A stretch of DNA of 64,000 nucleotides from Thermoleophilaceae bacterium (GTDB taxonomy: Bacteria; Actinomycetota; Thermoleophilia; Solirubrobacterales; Thermoleophilaceae): contig JBEVKF010000098.1 of the NCBI GenBank assembly GCA_040509755.1, positions 19,081 through 83,080 of the forward strand, written 5' to 3'. The stretch's first letter is position 1. Every line of letters begins with the position of its first letter. The notes below the pieces were generated by a model, which had not been told where the DNA came from, ran no database searches, and worked only from the letters and a program-made list of their open reading frames with translations. Shown one piece after another: positions 10,778 to 18,804 of the stretch. Made by a program: the position numbers and the translations under genes.

Positions 10778-11206
10778 CTAGCCCGTGGCGATGATGAGGC
10801 AGGTGGACGTGCCGTGGGCGACCAGCTTGTCGTCGCTCACGCGGCGAACGGCGCCCTCGGCCGTTGCCACACGCCCGCCGCGGTAAAGCACCCGCCCCGC
10901 CGCCACGATTTCCCCGGTGTCAGGCATGATCGCCCGGACGAGGTTGAAGGACGTCTCGAGCGTCGAGTAGCCCTCGCCGGCGGCGCAGGTGGTGTGCACG
11001 GCCGCTCCCATGCAGCTGTCGAGCAACAGCCCGGCGATGCCGCCGTGCACCGTGCCGATCGGATTGAGCATGCGCCCGTCGGGAACGAGGGAGAACGCGC
11101 TGCGGCCCTCGTCCACCTCCACAAGGCGAAAGCCAATCAGCTCCTGGATCGGGGCCGGCGGGTGCATGCCGTCGCGAATGGCGATCATGTATTCGAGTCC
11201 CGTCAT
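10778..11206 (-). CDS. PaaI-family hotdog-fold thioesterase
   Basis: 142 aa. PAPIQELIGFRLVEVDEGRSAF...NPIGTVHGGIAGLLLDSCMGAAV is the classic PaaI/YdiI signature. Confidence 0.85.
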   Translation of the reverse strand: MTGLEYMIAIRDGMHPPAPIQELIGFRLVEVDEGRSAFSLVPDGRMLNPIGTVHGGIAGLLLDSCMGAAVHTTCAAGEGYSTLETSFNLVRAIMPDTGEIVAAGRVLYRGGRVATAEGAVRRVSDDKLVAHGTSTCLIIATG

Positions 11207-11214
11207 GAAGTCAC

Positions 11215-12123
11215 GTGAGTATGTCCGAGCCTGAGCTGCCGACGCCGCTCGAGGAAGCGCCCGTCGCGCTGGGCCGCGGCCGGCGGCTCTGGCTCAAGCG
11301 AGAGGACGTCCACGAGCTGGGCGCCTTCAAGTGGCGCGGGGCGCTACCGGCGCTGCGCGCCTACCGCGAGCGCGGCGCCGAGGCGGTGGTCACCGCGTCG
11401 ACCGGCAATCACGGCGCAGCCACCGCGTGGGCCGCGGAGCGCGCGGGACTGCGTGCGGTCGTCTACGTCCCGCGGGTCGCGAGCGAGACCAAGCTGGCTG
11501 TGCTCGAGGGGCTGGCTGACCTGCGCCAGGAGGGCGTCGATCTCGACGAGTCGAAGGAGCTGGCGCGCGCGCATGCGCGGCGCGAGGGTCTGCCGTTCTT
11601 CGAGGACGGTGCCGAGCCGGCCCAGTTCGGCGGCTACGAGGAGATCGGGCGCGAGATCGTCGACCAGCTCGGCGAGCGCCCGGCGCGGACGGTCGTCCCG
11701 GTTGGGAACGGCGCGCTCCTGATCGGCGTCGCGCGCGGCGTGGGCCGCGGCGCCATCGGCGTCGTGGCCAAGGAGGCGCCGGTGATGGCCTGGAGCGTTG
11801 CCGAAGGGCGGCCCGTCGAGTGCGATCGATGCGCGACCTTCGCGGACGGGATGGCCGTGCGGGTGGCGATCCCGCTCGCGGTCGAGGAGCTGGTCGGACT
11901 CGCCACGCCCTTCGTCGAGGTCTCCGAGCGCGAGATCGCCACCGCCGTGGGCGACTACGCCGCGGCCGGCATCCGTGTGGAGGGCTCGGCCGCCGCTGCG
12001 CTGGCCGCGCTCGACCAGGTGGGTGGAGGAGACGGAGCGGTGGTGGTAATCGTCACGGGCAGCAACATCGATCCCGCTCTGCACGAGCGCGCCGTCAAGG
12101 ACCCGCAGAGCTTCTCCGACTGA
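11215..12123 (+). CDS. Pyridoxal-phosphate-dependent enzyme (threonine/serine dehydratase fold, PALP family)
   Basis: 302 aa with the PLP-lysine motif LGAFKWRGA and STGNHGAATAWAA. The start could be GTG 11215 or ATG 11221. Confidence 0.8.
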   Translation: MSMSEPELPTPLEEAPVALGRGRRLWLKREDVHELGAFKWRGALPALRAYRERGAEAVVTASTGNHGAATAWAAERAGLRAVVYVPRVASETKLAVLEGLADLRQEGVDLDESKELARAHARREGLPFFEDGAEPAQFGGYEEIGREIVDQLGERPARTVVPVGNGALLIGVARGVGRGAIGVVAKEAPVMAWSVAEGRPVECDRCATFADGMAVRVAIPLAVEELVGLATPFVEVSEREIATAVGDYAAAGIRVEGSAAAALAALDQVGGGDGAVVVIVTGSNIDPALHERAVKDPQSFSD

Positions 12124-12135
12124 GACGACATGGGC

Positions 12136-12161
12136 CTCGGCTCTCACGCGCCCGAGTTTTT
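12136..12161 (+). terminator. Weak intrinsic terminator candidate after the PALP gene
   Basis: CTCGG-(11 nt)-CCGAG followed by TTTTT, the only T-run in this GC-rich spacer between convergent genes. Confidence 0.3.
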
Positions 12162-12215
12162 CGCTGCCATGCAGTGAATAGCGCGGGAGCCTGGCTCGCG
12201 CACAACGGGTCCCAG

Positions 12216-13124
12216 CTAGCCGGCCAGCGCCTCGATCAACTCGTCCTTCGACATCTTTGAGCGGCCGGGTACCTCTTCGGCCTGGGCTCGCTCGTACAGC
12301 TCCTCGCGGCTCATGCGCTCGAAGCGCCCGCGGCCGTCGCGCTTGCCCGACCCGAGCTTGTCGAGCGTGTCCTGCAGCGCGGCCATCAGGTCGGGCGCGG
12401 GCTTGGGCTCCTTGCGCTCCTCGGGCGCCTTCACGCGCTTGCCGTTCTTCTTGTCCTCGACCACGGCGACGAGGCGCTCGCGATAGCAATCGGTGTAGTG
12501 CTCGGGCTCCCAGTTGGTCGAGAGCGACTCGATCACGGCCACCGCCTGCTCGATCTTGGCCTTGGCCGGCTTGCGCCCGCCGGGCGCGATCTCGTCGGTC
12601 GGCCGGACCTCGTCGTGAAAGCGCAGCGTCGTAAGCGCGAGCACCTCGTCGCGCGGGCGCACGAGCACGAGATATTCCTTGGTGCGCATCACAAAGCGCC
12701 CCAGCGCGGCGCGGCCGGTCGACTCCATGACCTTCACGAGCAGCTGGTAGGCGCGCAGCGTGCCCTCGCTGTCGCCGGCCGGGAGCAGGAACCAGGGATG
12801 AGCGAAGTAGATCGGGTCGACGTCCTCGCTGTCGACGAAGGCCTCGACCTCGATCGTCCGCGTCTTGCGGGGCTGCGCGGTGGCGAGCTCCTCGTCGGTA
12901 AGCACGACCTGGTCGCCATCCTCGAGCTCGAAGCCGCGACCGACCTCCTCCCATTCGACCTCGGTCCCCTCCTCGGAGCAGTAGCGGCGCTGCTCGATCG
13001 GGGAGCCGTCCTTTTCGTGGAGCTGGCGAAAGTGAAGATCGAGGTCGCGCGCCGCGCTCGTCAGGCGCACCGGCACGTTGACCAAGCCGAAGGAGAGCGA
13101 TCCGTTCCAGAGCGTGCGGGGCAT
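12216..13124 (-). CDS. ku: Ku protein (NHEJ), paralogue with an extended C-terminus ending in a Rho_N/HeH-like motif
   Basis: MPRTLWNGSLSFGLVNVPVRL... Ku core. The C-terminal tail has DLMAALQDTL and then MSREELYERAQAEEVPGRSKMSKDELIEALAG (Rho_N-type helix-extension-helix). Confidence 0.9.
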   Translation of the reverse strand: MPRTLWNGSLSFGLVNVPVRLTSAARDLDLHFRQLHEKDGSPIEQRRYCSEEGTEVEWEEVGRGFELEDGDQVVLTDEELATAQPRKTRTIEVEAFVDSEDVDPIYFAHPWFLLPAGDSEGTLRAYQLLVKVMESTGRAALGRFVMRTKEYLVLVRPRDEVLALTTLRFHDEVRPTDEIAPGGRKPAKAKIEQAVAVIESLSTNWEPEHYTDCYRERLVAVVEDKKNGKRVKAPEERKEPKPAPDLMAALQDTLDKLGSGKRDGRGRFERMSREELYERAQAEEVPGRSKMSKDELIEALAG

Positions 13125-13126
13125 GC

Positions 13127-13894
13127 TCAGGATCCCTTCTTCAGGCTCGCTTTGAGGGCGCTCATGAGGTCGGAGGTGTCCTCCTCGGGCTCGGGCTCCT
13201 CCGCTTCGATGGCCTCGCCCTTTGCCTTGCGCGCGATCAGCTCGAGCACGGCCTCGCGGTAGGTGTCCTCGTAGTCGGTCGGATCGAAGTCGCGGTAGAG
13301 CGAGTCGACGAGCTGCTCGGCCATCTCGACCTCCTGCTTGCCCGGGCCCTTGCCGGGCTTGTCGTACTTGAGCTGGCTGCCGCGCACCACCTCGTCGTGA
13401 AAGCGCATCGTGTGCAGCGCCAGCACGCCGTCGAGCGGGCGCACCGCCGCCAGGTACTCGCGGTTGTGGAAGGTAAAGCGCCCGATTCCGACGCGGCCGG
13501 TCTGGGTCAGGGCCTCCTGGAAGACGCGGTAGGCCTCGCCCTCGTCGCGACAGCCGACGTAGTACGTCTTCTCGAAGTAGACGGGATCGATCTCGTCGTC
13601 GGGCACGAACTCCTCGATCTCGATCACCTTGCCGCGCGAGCCCGCGGCCGCGGCCACCTCGGACTTGTCGAGCACGACGTATTCGTCCGGCGACACCTCA
13701 AAGCCCTTCACCACCTCCTTGTAGGGGACCTCCTGGTCCTCCTTCGAGCAGATGCGCTTGTGCTCGAGGCGCGCGCCGTCGGCGAGGTGGACCTCGTGGA
13801 AGCTGACCGTCTTCGACTCGGTCGCCGAGTAGAGCTTGATCGGCACATGCGCGAGGCCGAAGCTGATGGTGCCATTCCAGATTGAGCGAGGCAT
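13127..13894 (-). CDS. ku: Ku protein (NHEJ), shorter paralogue
   Basis: MPRSIWNGTISFGLAHVPIKLYSA... Ku core. Acidic tail ...EPEPEEDTSDLMSALKASLKKGS. Separated from the downstream ku by only 2 nt. Confidence 0.9.
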   Translation of the reverse strand: MPRSIWNGTISFGLAHVPIKLYSATESKTVSFHEVHLADGARLEHKRICSKEDQEVPYKEVVKGFEVSPDEYVVLDKSEVAAAAGSRGKVIEIEEFVPDDEIDPVYFEKTYYVGCRDEGEAYRVFQEALTQTGRVGIGRFTFHNREYLAAVRPLDGVLALHTMRFHDEVVRGSQLKYDKPGKGPGKQEVEMAEQLVDSLYRDFDPTDYEDTYREAVLELIARKAKGEAIEAEEPEPEEDTSDLMSALKASLKKGS

Positions 13895-13925
13895 CGGTTT
13901 CGTGGCTACCCGCCAGACCGCCTGT

Positions 13926-14576
13926 CTAGTCGTAGATGGACTTGCTCCTGCCGACCTGGGAGTTCGGCGGATATGGAGCGAGGTCGTTCATGAAACCAGG
14001 CGTCTGCTCCACGCGCTCGAGCCAGCCCTGGACGGGCGGGTGCTCGGCGAGGTCGAAGCCCGCCTCGTGCGCCACATGCAGGTAGGCGTAGAGGGAGATG
14101 TCGGCGATCGAGTAGCGCTCGCCGACCATGAACATACGGCCCTCCAGATGCCCATCGAGCACCGCGAGCACGCTGTGGCCCGCGGCGCGGCGGTGCTCGA
14201 CGCTCGGGCTGTCGGGCGCGAGGCGACCGGTCGCGAGGCGAAAGCGCAGGCCGGCGATGGCCGGGATCACCTCCGACTGCTCCCAGAAGAGCCAGCGCAA
14301 CACCTGCGCGCGGTCGGCCGGGTCGACGGGAAGGAGCATCGTCCCCTCGGCAATGTGAACCAGGATCGCATTCGACTCTGGAAGCGGGTCGGCGCCGTCT
14401 TGCTCGAGCACCGGGGTCTCGCGGACGGGGTTGAGACGGCCGAACTCCTCCGTGAGCGTGTCGCCTCCGAAGATGTCGACCGCCACCCGCTCGTATTCGC
14501 GGCCGAGCTGGGCGAGCAGCAGGCGCACCTTGTAGCAGTTTCCGGAGGCGTCGTAGTCGTGCAGGCGCAGGGTCAT
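13926..14576 (-). CDS. Glutathione S-transferase family protein
   Basis: ATG at 14576 (MTLRLHDYDASGNCYKVRLLLAQLG...ETPVLE...ESNAIL). GST N- and C-terminal domains. ATGA overlap with the upstream cupin gene. Confidence 0.85.
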   Translation of the reverse strand: MTLRLHDYDASGNCYKVRLLLAQLGREYERVAVDIFGGDTLTEEFGRLNPVRETPVLEQDGADPLPESNAILVHIAEGTMLLPVDPADRAQVLRWLFWEQSEVIPAIAGLRFRLATGRLAPDSPSVEHRRAAGHSVLAVLDGHLEGRMFMVGERYSIADISLYAYLHVAHEAGFDLAEHPPVQGWLERVEQTPGFMNDLAPYPPNSQVGRSKSIYD

Positions 14577-14923
14577 GCGGCGTAGCTCTCGCTGCCCATT
14601 ATGTGCAGCGACACGTAGGGCTCGTCGCCCACCACCCAGCTGTCGTGGCCCGGTGGCACGAAGAAGAAGTCGCCCTCGCGCATCACCTTCTCGCTGCCGT
14701 CCGCCATCTTCACGGCGGCCTGGCCCCCGAGGACGAGGCCGACGTGCTCGACCTGGCAGAGGCTCTCGCCGGTGGCGGCTCCCACGTGCTCGGACCACAC
14801 CCAGCCTGGCTCGTAGGTCGCACGGCCGAGCGTCATCGGGCCGATCTCGTAGACCTCGAAGCGGCCCTTGTCGAAGCTGCGCACCTCGGTCGGCTCGGTC
14901 AGGTTGAGGAGGGTCAGGTCCAC
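14573..14923 (-). CDS. Cupin domain protein
   Basis: C-terminal part of ORF 14573..15310 with probable GTG at 14923. ...GRATYEPGWVWSEHVG...VEHVGLVLGGQAAVKMADGSEKVMREGDFFFVPPGHDSWVVGDEP. Confidence 0.65.
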   Translation of the reverse strand: MDLTLLNLTEPTEVRSFDKGRFEVYEIGPMTLGRATYEPGWVWSEHVGAATGESLCQVEHVGLVLGGQAAVKMADGSEKVMREGDFFFVPPGHDSWVVGDEPYVSLHIMGSESYAA

Positions 14924-14925
14924 CG

Positions 14926-15354
14926 TCAACTCGTCCGGCGCTCGGGAAATCTGGGCAGGCCGTCGTCCGGGATCGGCTCCCAAGCGGCCGCGAAGGCGAC
15001 GAATTGGCGGTAGGAGAGCCGGATGCCGGGGTCGCTGTCGAAGGTGCCCATGCGCACGCTGATCTGCTCGGGGTCGGACGGGTTGCGGCTGAAGAGGGCC
15101 GAGCCGCAACTTGAGCAGAACGCCTTCTCGAAGCCGTCCGCCGGCCGGTACACCTCGATGCGATCCTCGCCGCGGGCGATTCGAAACGAGCCGGGCGCCA
15201 CGCGGGCGCTCGCCGAAGCCGACCCGCCCGTTCGCCGCTGGCAGCGCGTGCAGTGGCAATACCCGGCGGCCTCGAGCGGGGCGTCGACCTCGTAGCGCAC
15301 CTCGCCGCACATGCAGCCGCCGGTGAGCGGCAGAGCGGGCGTCAGGGCTTCCAT
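14926..15354 (-). CDS. GFA (glutathione-dependent formaldehyde-activating / CENP-V) family protein
   Basis: ATG at 15354 (MEALTPALPLTGGCMCGEVRYEV...CHCTRCQRRTG...FCSSCGS), with the Cys-rich zinc sites typical of GFA. Confidence 0.8.
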   Translation of the reverse strand: MEALTPALPLTGGCMCGEVRYEVDAPLEAAGYCHCTRCQRRTGGSASASARVAPGSFRIARGEDRIEVYRPADGFEKAFCSSCGSALFSRNPSDPEQISVRMGTFDSDPGIRLSYRQFVAFAAAWEPIPDDGLPRFPERRTS

Positions 15355-15511
15355 CCGCGCGAGGCTAGATGATTGGTTCCGAATCCGTGTGCCTGCGGGG
15401 GCGCGCCAGACCAAGCTGATCCAGCGCCGGTATGGCGCGTCATCCGAAGGTGCAGGGATTTGGAATCAGTCATCTACGCGCGGGAGGGGCGAATTCCTCA
15501 CGCTCGTCCCT

Positions 15512-16702
15512 TTGCCGGGGGTGGAGGCCCTGGACGAGCTGGCGGTCGCGCTGCGGACGCGGTTGGTGGAGCGCGCGCGCGACGGAACGGCGGGCGGGTC
15601 GCTCGATGACGAGGTGCGTTCGCTGGTCGAGCGCGAGGCGGCGCCGCTGCCCGACGCCGACCGCGCGGAGCTGGCCGCGCGGGTGGTGCTGCTTGCCACC
15701 GGGCTCGGCCCGCTCGAGCCGCTGCTCGCCGACCCGGGGGTTGACGAGGTGATGGTCAACGGCCCGGGCTCGGTCTACATCGAGCGGCGCGGGCGCCTCG
15801 AGCGCGCGCCGGTCGAGTTCGCCGGCGATGCCGAACTGCTGCACGCGATCGAGCGGGTGCTCGCCCCGCTCGGCCGCCGGGTCGACCAGGCGTCGCCGCT
15901 GTGCGACGCGCGGCTGGCGGATGGCTCGCGCGTGAACGTGGTGATCCCGCCGCTGTCGCTGTCGGGGCCCTGCCTCACGATCCGCCGCTTTCGGCGCGAG
16001 GGCTTCTCACTGCGCGACCTGGTGGCCGGTGCGACGCTGCCGGCGGAGCTGGCCGAGTTCCTGGCGGTGTGTGTGGCGGCGCGGGCGTCGGTGCTGGTCA
16101 GCGGCGGCACAGGCTCGGGAAAGACCACCACGCTCAATGCCCTGTCGGGCGCGATCCCGGGTGAGGAGCGCATCGTCACGATCGAGGACGCCGCCGAGCT
16201 GCGGCTGCGCCAGCGCCACGTGGTGCGCCTGGAGGCACGGCCGGCCAACCTGGAAGGCCACGGCGAGGTGACGATCCGCCAGCTCGTGCGAAATGCGCTG
16301 CGAATGCGGCCGGACCGGATCGTGGTCGGAGAGGTACGCGGAGGAGAAGCGCTCGACATGCTTCAGGCGCTGAACACCGGCCACGACGGGTCGCTCACAA
16401 CCGTGCACGCGAACTCGCCCGAGGACGCGCTGCGGCGGGTGGAGACGCTGGCGCTGATGGCCGGGGTGGGCCTGCCGCATGGGGCTGTCCGCGAGCAGGC
16501 GGCGAGCGCACTCGACCTGGTGGTCCACCAGGCCCGCCTCGCCGACGGCGCACGGGCCGTGGCGTCGGTCACCGAGGTCGTGCGGGTCGCCGGCGGAGCC
16601 GGCGTGCGCGAGCTCTATCGCCGGGGCGGCGAGCTACGCCCGCCGGCGGACGGCCGGCTGGCGGAGCGGGTGGCGTCTCTGCGGCGGGATGGGCCGGCGT
16701 GA
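15512..16702 (+). CDS. cpaF: CpaF/TadA-type secretion ATPase (Tad/Flp pilus-like system)
   Basis: ORF 15311..16702. VMVNGPGSVYIERRG, Walker A GGTGSGKTTTLNAL, EDAAEL, VGEVRGGEA, NTGHDGSLTTVHAN. The start is uncertain (TTG 15512 or GTG 15521); the 5' ORF extension overlaps the divergent GFA gene. Confidence 0.9.
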   Translation: MPGVEALDELAVALRTRLVERARDGTAGGSLDDEVRSLVEREAAPLPDADRAELAARVVLLATGLGPLEPLLADPGVDEVMVNGPGSVYIERRGRLERAPVEFAGDAELLHAIERVLAPLGRRVDQASPLCDARLADGSRVNVVIPPLSLSGPCLTIRRFRREGFSLRDLVAGATLPAELAEFLAVCVAARASVLVSGGTGSGKTTTLNALSGAIPGEERIVTIEDAAELRLRQRHVVRLEARPANLEGHGEVTIRQLVRNALRMRPDRIVVGEVRGGEALDMLQALNTGHDGSLTTVHANSPEDALRRVETLALMAGVGLPHGAVREQAASALDLVVHQARLADGARAVASVTEVVRVAGGAGVRELYRRGGELRPPADGRLAERVASLRRDGPA

Positions 16703-17556
16703 GTGCGTCGGTTGCGCTCGCGCTGGTGGCCGGCGGCGCCGGGGCGGTCGCCGCACGCGATCTGCTCGGCGCGGACGCGATCGCGCGGGGGGCAGGGGCC
16801 GCGCGCGGACTTGCGGGATTGGTGGACGCCGTGGTCACGCTCGGGCGCGAGGGCCGCGATCCCGGTGCGCCCGAGCGGCGGCGGCTGCTCTTGGCCGGCT
16901 CGGCGGCGGCTTTCGGGGTTGGGGCGTTCCTGGCCGGTCCGCTCGCCGGCGCCGTCCTGGCGGCGGGCGGGCCGTGGGCGGTCGCCAGGGGCCTGCGGGC
17001 GCGCCGCGAGCGCTCCAGGCGGGCGGTCGATCTCGAGGTGCCGGGCCTGGCGCTCGCGGTGGCCGACGCCCTCGCCGGCGGGCACTCGCTGCGCGGTGCG
17101 GTCATCGAGGCCACACGCTCCGCGTCGGGCGCCGCCGGCCACGAGCTGCGCCGCACCGCCGCCGAGCTGGGCGCGGGCGCGCGCACCGAGGATGCACTCC
17201 AGGCGATGCGCTCCCGGGTCCGCTCGCCGCGGCTGGACACGGTCGTGGCCGCGTGCCTGCTTCAGCGCAGCGCAGGCGGCGACCTCGCGCGCCTGCTGCG
17301 CGAGAGCGCGCGGGCCATGGAGGAGGGCTCGCGGCTCGAGGGCGAGCTGCGCGCCGCCACGGCCCAGGCGCGCTTCACCGGGGTGCTCGTGGTGCTCCTG
17401 CCACTCGGCGGCGCCCTGCTCGCCGAGCTCGCGAGCCCAGGCTGGGCGCTCGGCCTGATGAGCTCCTTCCTCACGGCTTGGCTCGTGGGCATCGCCGTCG
17501 TCCTGCAGGTGGTGGCCGCGGTGGCGATACGCCGCCTCGGAAGGCTGCGCGCGTGA
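16699..17556 (+). CDS. tadB: TadB-like type II secretion system F-family membrane protein
   Basis: GTG start in a GTGA overlap with the cpaF stop. 285 aa with a T2SSF-like region (LALAVADALAGGHSLRGAV...) and N- and C-terminal TM segments. Confidence 0.75.
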   Translation: MSASVALALVAGGAGAVAARDLLGADAIARGAGAARGLAGLVDAVVTLGREGRDPGAPERRRLLLAGSAAAFGVGAFLAGPLAGAVLAAGGPWAVARGLRARRERSRRAVDLEVPGLALAVADALAGGHSLRGAVIEATRSASGAAGHELRRTAAELGAGARTEDALQAMRSRVRSPRLDTVVAACLLQRSAGGDLARLLRESARAMEEGSRLEGELRAATAQARFTGVLVVLLPLGGALLAELASPGWALGLMSSFLTAWLVGIAVVLQVVAAVAIRRLGRLRA

Positions 17557-18449
17557 GCCCGGCCGTGGTGCTCTCGTTCGCCGCGTGCACTTCGGCGGTG
17601 ATGGGAGCGGGGCTGCTCGCGCGGCCGCCGGCCGAGCGGGCCGCACCCGGCGCTGGGCGCGCCGCGCCCGGCGGCGGACCGCGCCTGCTCCGATTGCTCG
17701 CCCGCGCCGGCGGGCAGGTGCGGCCGGCCCGCTTCCAGGCGCCGCGCGATCTCGACGCGAGGATCGCCGCCGCGGGCCGGCCGGGCGGACTCGGCGCCCG
17801 GGAGCTGATGGCCGCGAAGGTTGGCGCGGCGGTCGCCTGCGGTGTGGCGGGAGCGATCCTTTCCACGGTGACCCCCGGACGCCTCGGCGTCGCGCTCGTC
17901 GCGGCGGCGCCGGCGGCGGCCTTCCTGGCTCCGGACCTGTGGCTGATGCGGCGGGCGAACGAGCGCGCACGGCGCATCCGGCGCGAGCTGCCGGCTCTCC
18001 TCGACCTGTTGCGAGTCAGCGTCGAGGCCGGGCGCTCGCTGCCGGCCGCGCTGAGGGATGTGGGCGCGCGTGCCCGCGGCCCGCTGGCGGGCGAATGGCT
18101 CACCGCCGGTAGGGCGGTCACGCTCGGCATCCCGCTCGAGGCGGCGCTCTCCGAGCTGGCCGCCCGCGCTCCGCTGCCCGAGGTCCGGGCGCTGGTGGCG
18201 GCTCTAGATCGTTCGCGTCGCCACGGCGCGCCGCTGGCCGAGACGCTGGCGGCCCAGGCCCGCGACGCACGATTTGCCCTCGCGCGAAGCGCCCGCGAGG
18301 AGGCCGCCCGCGCGGGACCCAAGATCCAACTCGTGGTCGCCCTCCTGCTCGTCCCATCGGTGCTCTTGCTCGTGGCCGCCGCGCTGCTCTCGGCGCTGCT
18401 CGCCGGGAACGGCGCCGGCGGCGCGGGCGGCATCGTGCTCGGCCTCTAG
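17553..18449 (+). CDS. tadC: TadC-like type II secretion system F-family membrane protein
   Basis: GTG 17553 in a GTGA overlap with the tadB stop. It is the C-terminal third of the 16479..18449 ORF. ELPALLDLLRVSVEAGRSLPAAL...LDRSRRHGAPLAETL plus a C-terminal TM helix. Confidence 0.75.
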   Translation: MSPAVVLSFAACTSAVMGAGLLARPPAERAAPGAGRAAPGGGPRLLRLLARAGGQVRPARFQAPRDLDARIAAAGRPGGLGARELMAAKVGAAVACGVAGAILSTVTPGRLGVALVAAAPAAAFLAPDLWLMRRANERARRIRRELPALLDLLRVSVEAGRSLPAALRDVGARARGPLAGEWLTAGRAVTLGIPLEAALSELAARAPLPEVRALVAALDRSRRHGAPLAETLAAQARDARFALARSAREEAARAGPKIQLVVALLLVPSVLLLVAAALLSALLAGNGAGGAGGIVLGL

Positions 18450-18680
18450 CGCCGGTCGACAGGGGCGATTTCTCGCCACCGTCCTGCTTTGGGCTTGCAG
18501 GGCAACAGCAGGCAGGCCGGTGGAGCTCGGCCGCTCACCTGCAACGGACCTTGCAGGGCGAGGCGCCCAGCGGCGCCGCCAGGCGGCGGTCTCCCACCGG
18601 TTCTTGGGCCCTCAACACCGCTCCACAGAGCGAAAAACCCGATCCCGTTGACGGGGACGACACCTCCGTCGGACGGAAAA

Positions 18681-18725
18681 GTGGGGGAAGGTGTTGCTAG
18701 GTGGGAGAAAGTGGGATACGGTGGC
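18681..18725 (+). promoter_or_regulatory. Candidate MraZ operator: five direct GTGGG-like repeats with exact 10-bp phasing
   Basis: GTGGGggaag GTGTTgctag GTGGGagaaa GTGGGatacg GTGGC start at 18681, 18691, 18701, 18711 and 18721. They overlap a plausible promoter (TTGCTA-16 nt-TACGGT), about 80 nt upstream of mraZ. Confidence 0.6.
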
Positions 18726-18804
18726 CAGGACAAATCGACCGGAGTGGCGGGGCTCCTCCCACTCCGCCACTCCGGTCAGAACTCTTTCCTCAGGGATATG
18801 ACCG

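Noticed and set aside
11215-15354. LigD or another NHEJ ligase next to the Ku pair
   Set aside because: The neighbouring genes are clearly a PALP enzyme, a GST, a cupin and a GFA protein. No ATP-dependent ligase or primase-polymerase motifs appear in any frame.
16479-17552. N-terminal two-thirds of the 656-aa ORF 16479..18449
   Set aside because: It overlaps cpaF and tadB in another frame and is Arg/Gly-rich. Only the part from GTG 17553 (the TadC-like part) looks coding.
18450-18680. Flp pilin gene or small RNA (SRP/6S-like) in the tadC-mraZ spacer; repeated CTTGCAGGGC and complementary CCTGCAA
   Set aside because: No small ORF with a Flp G/XXXXEY-plus-hydrophobic pattern exists in any frame. 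No SRP domain-IV or 6S features are present. The short TTGCAGG/CCTGCAA complementarities are only 7 nt and could be chance or a tadC terminator.
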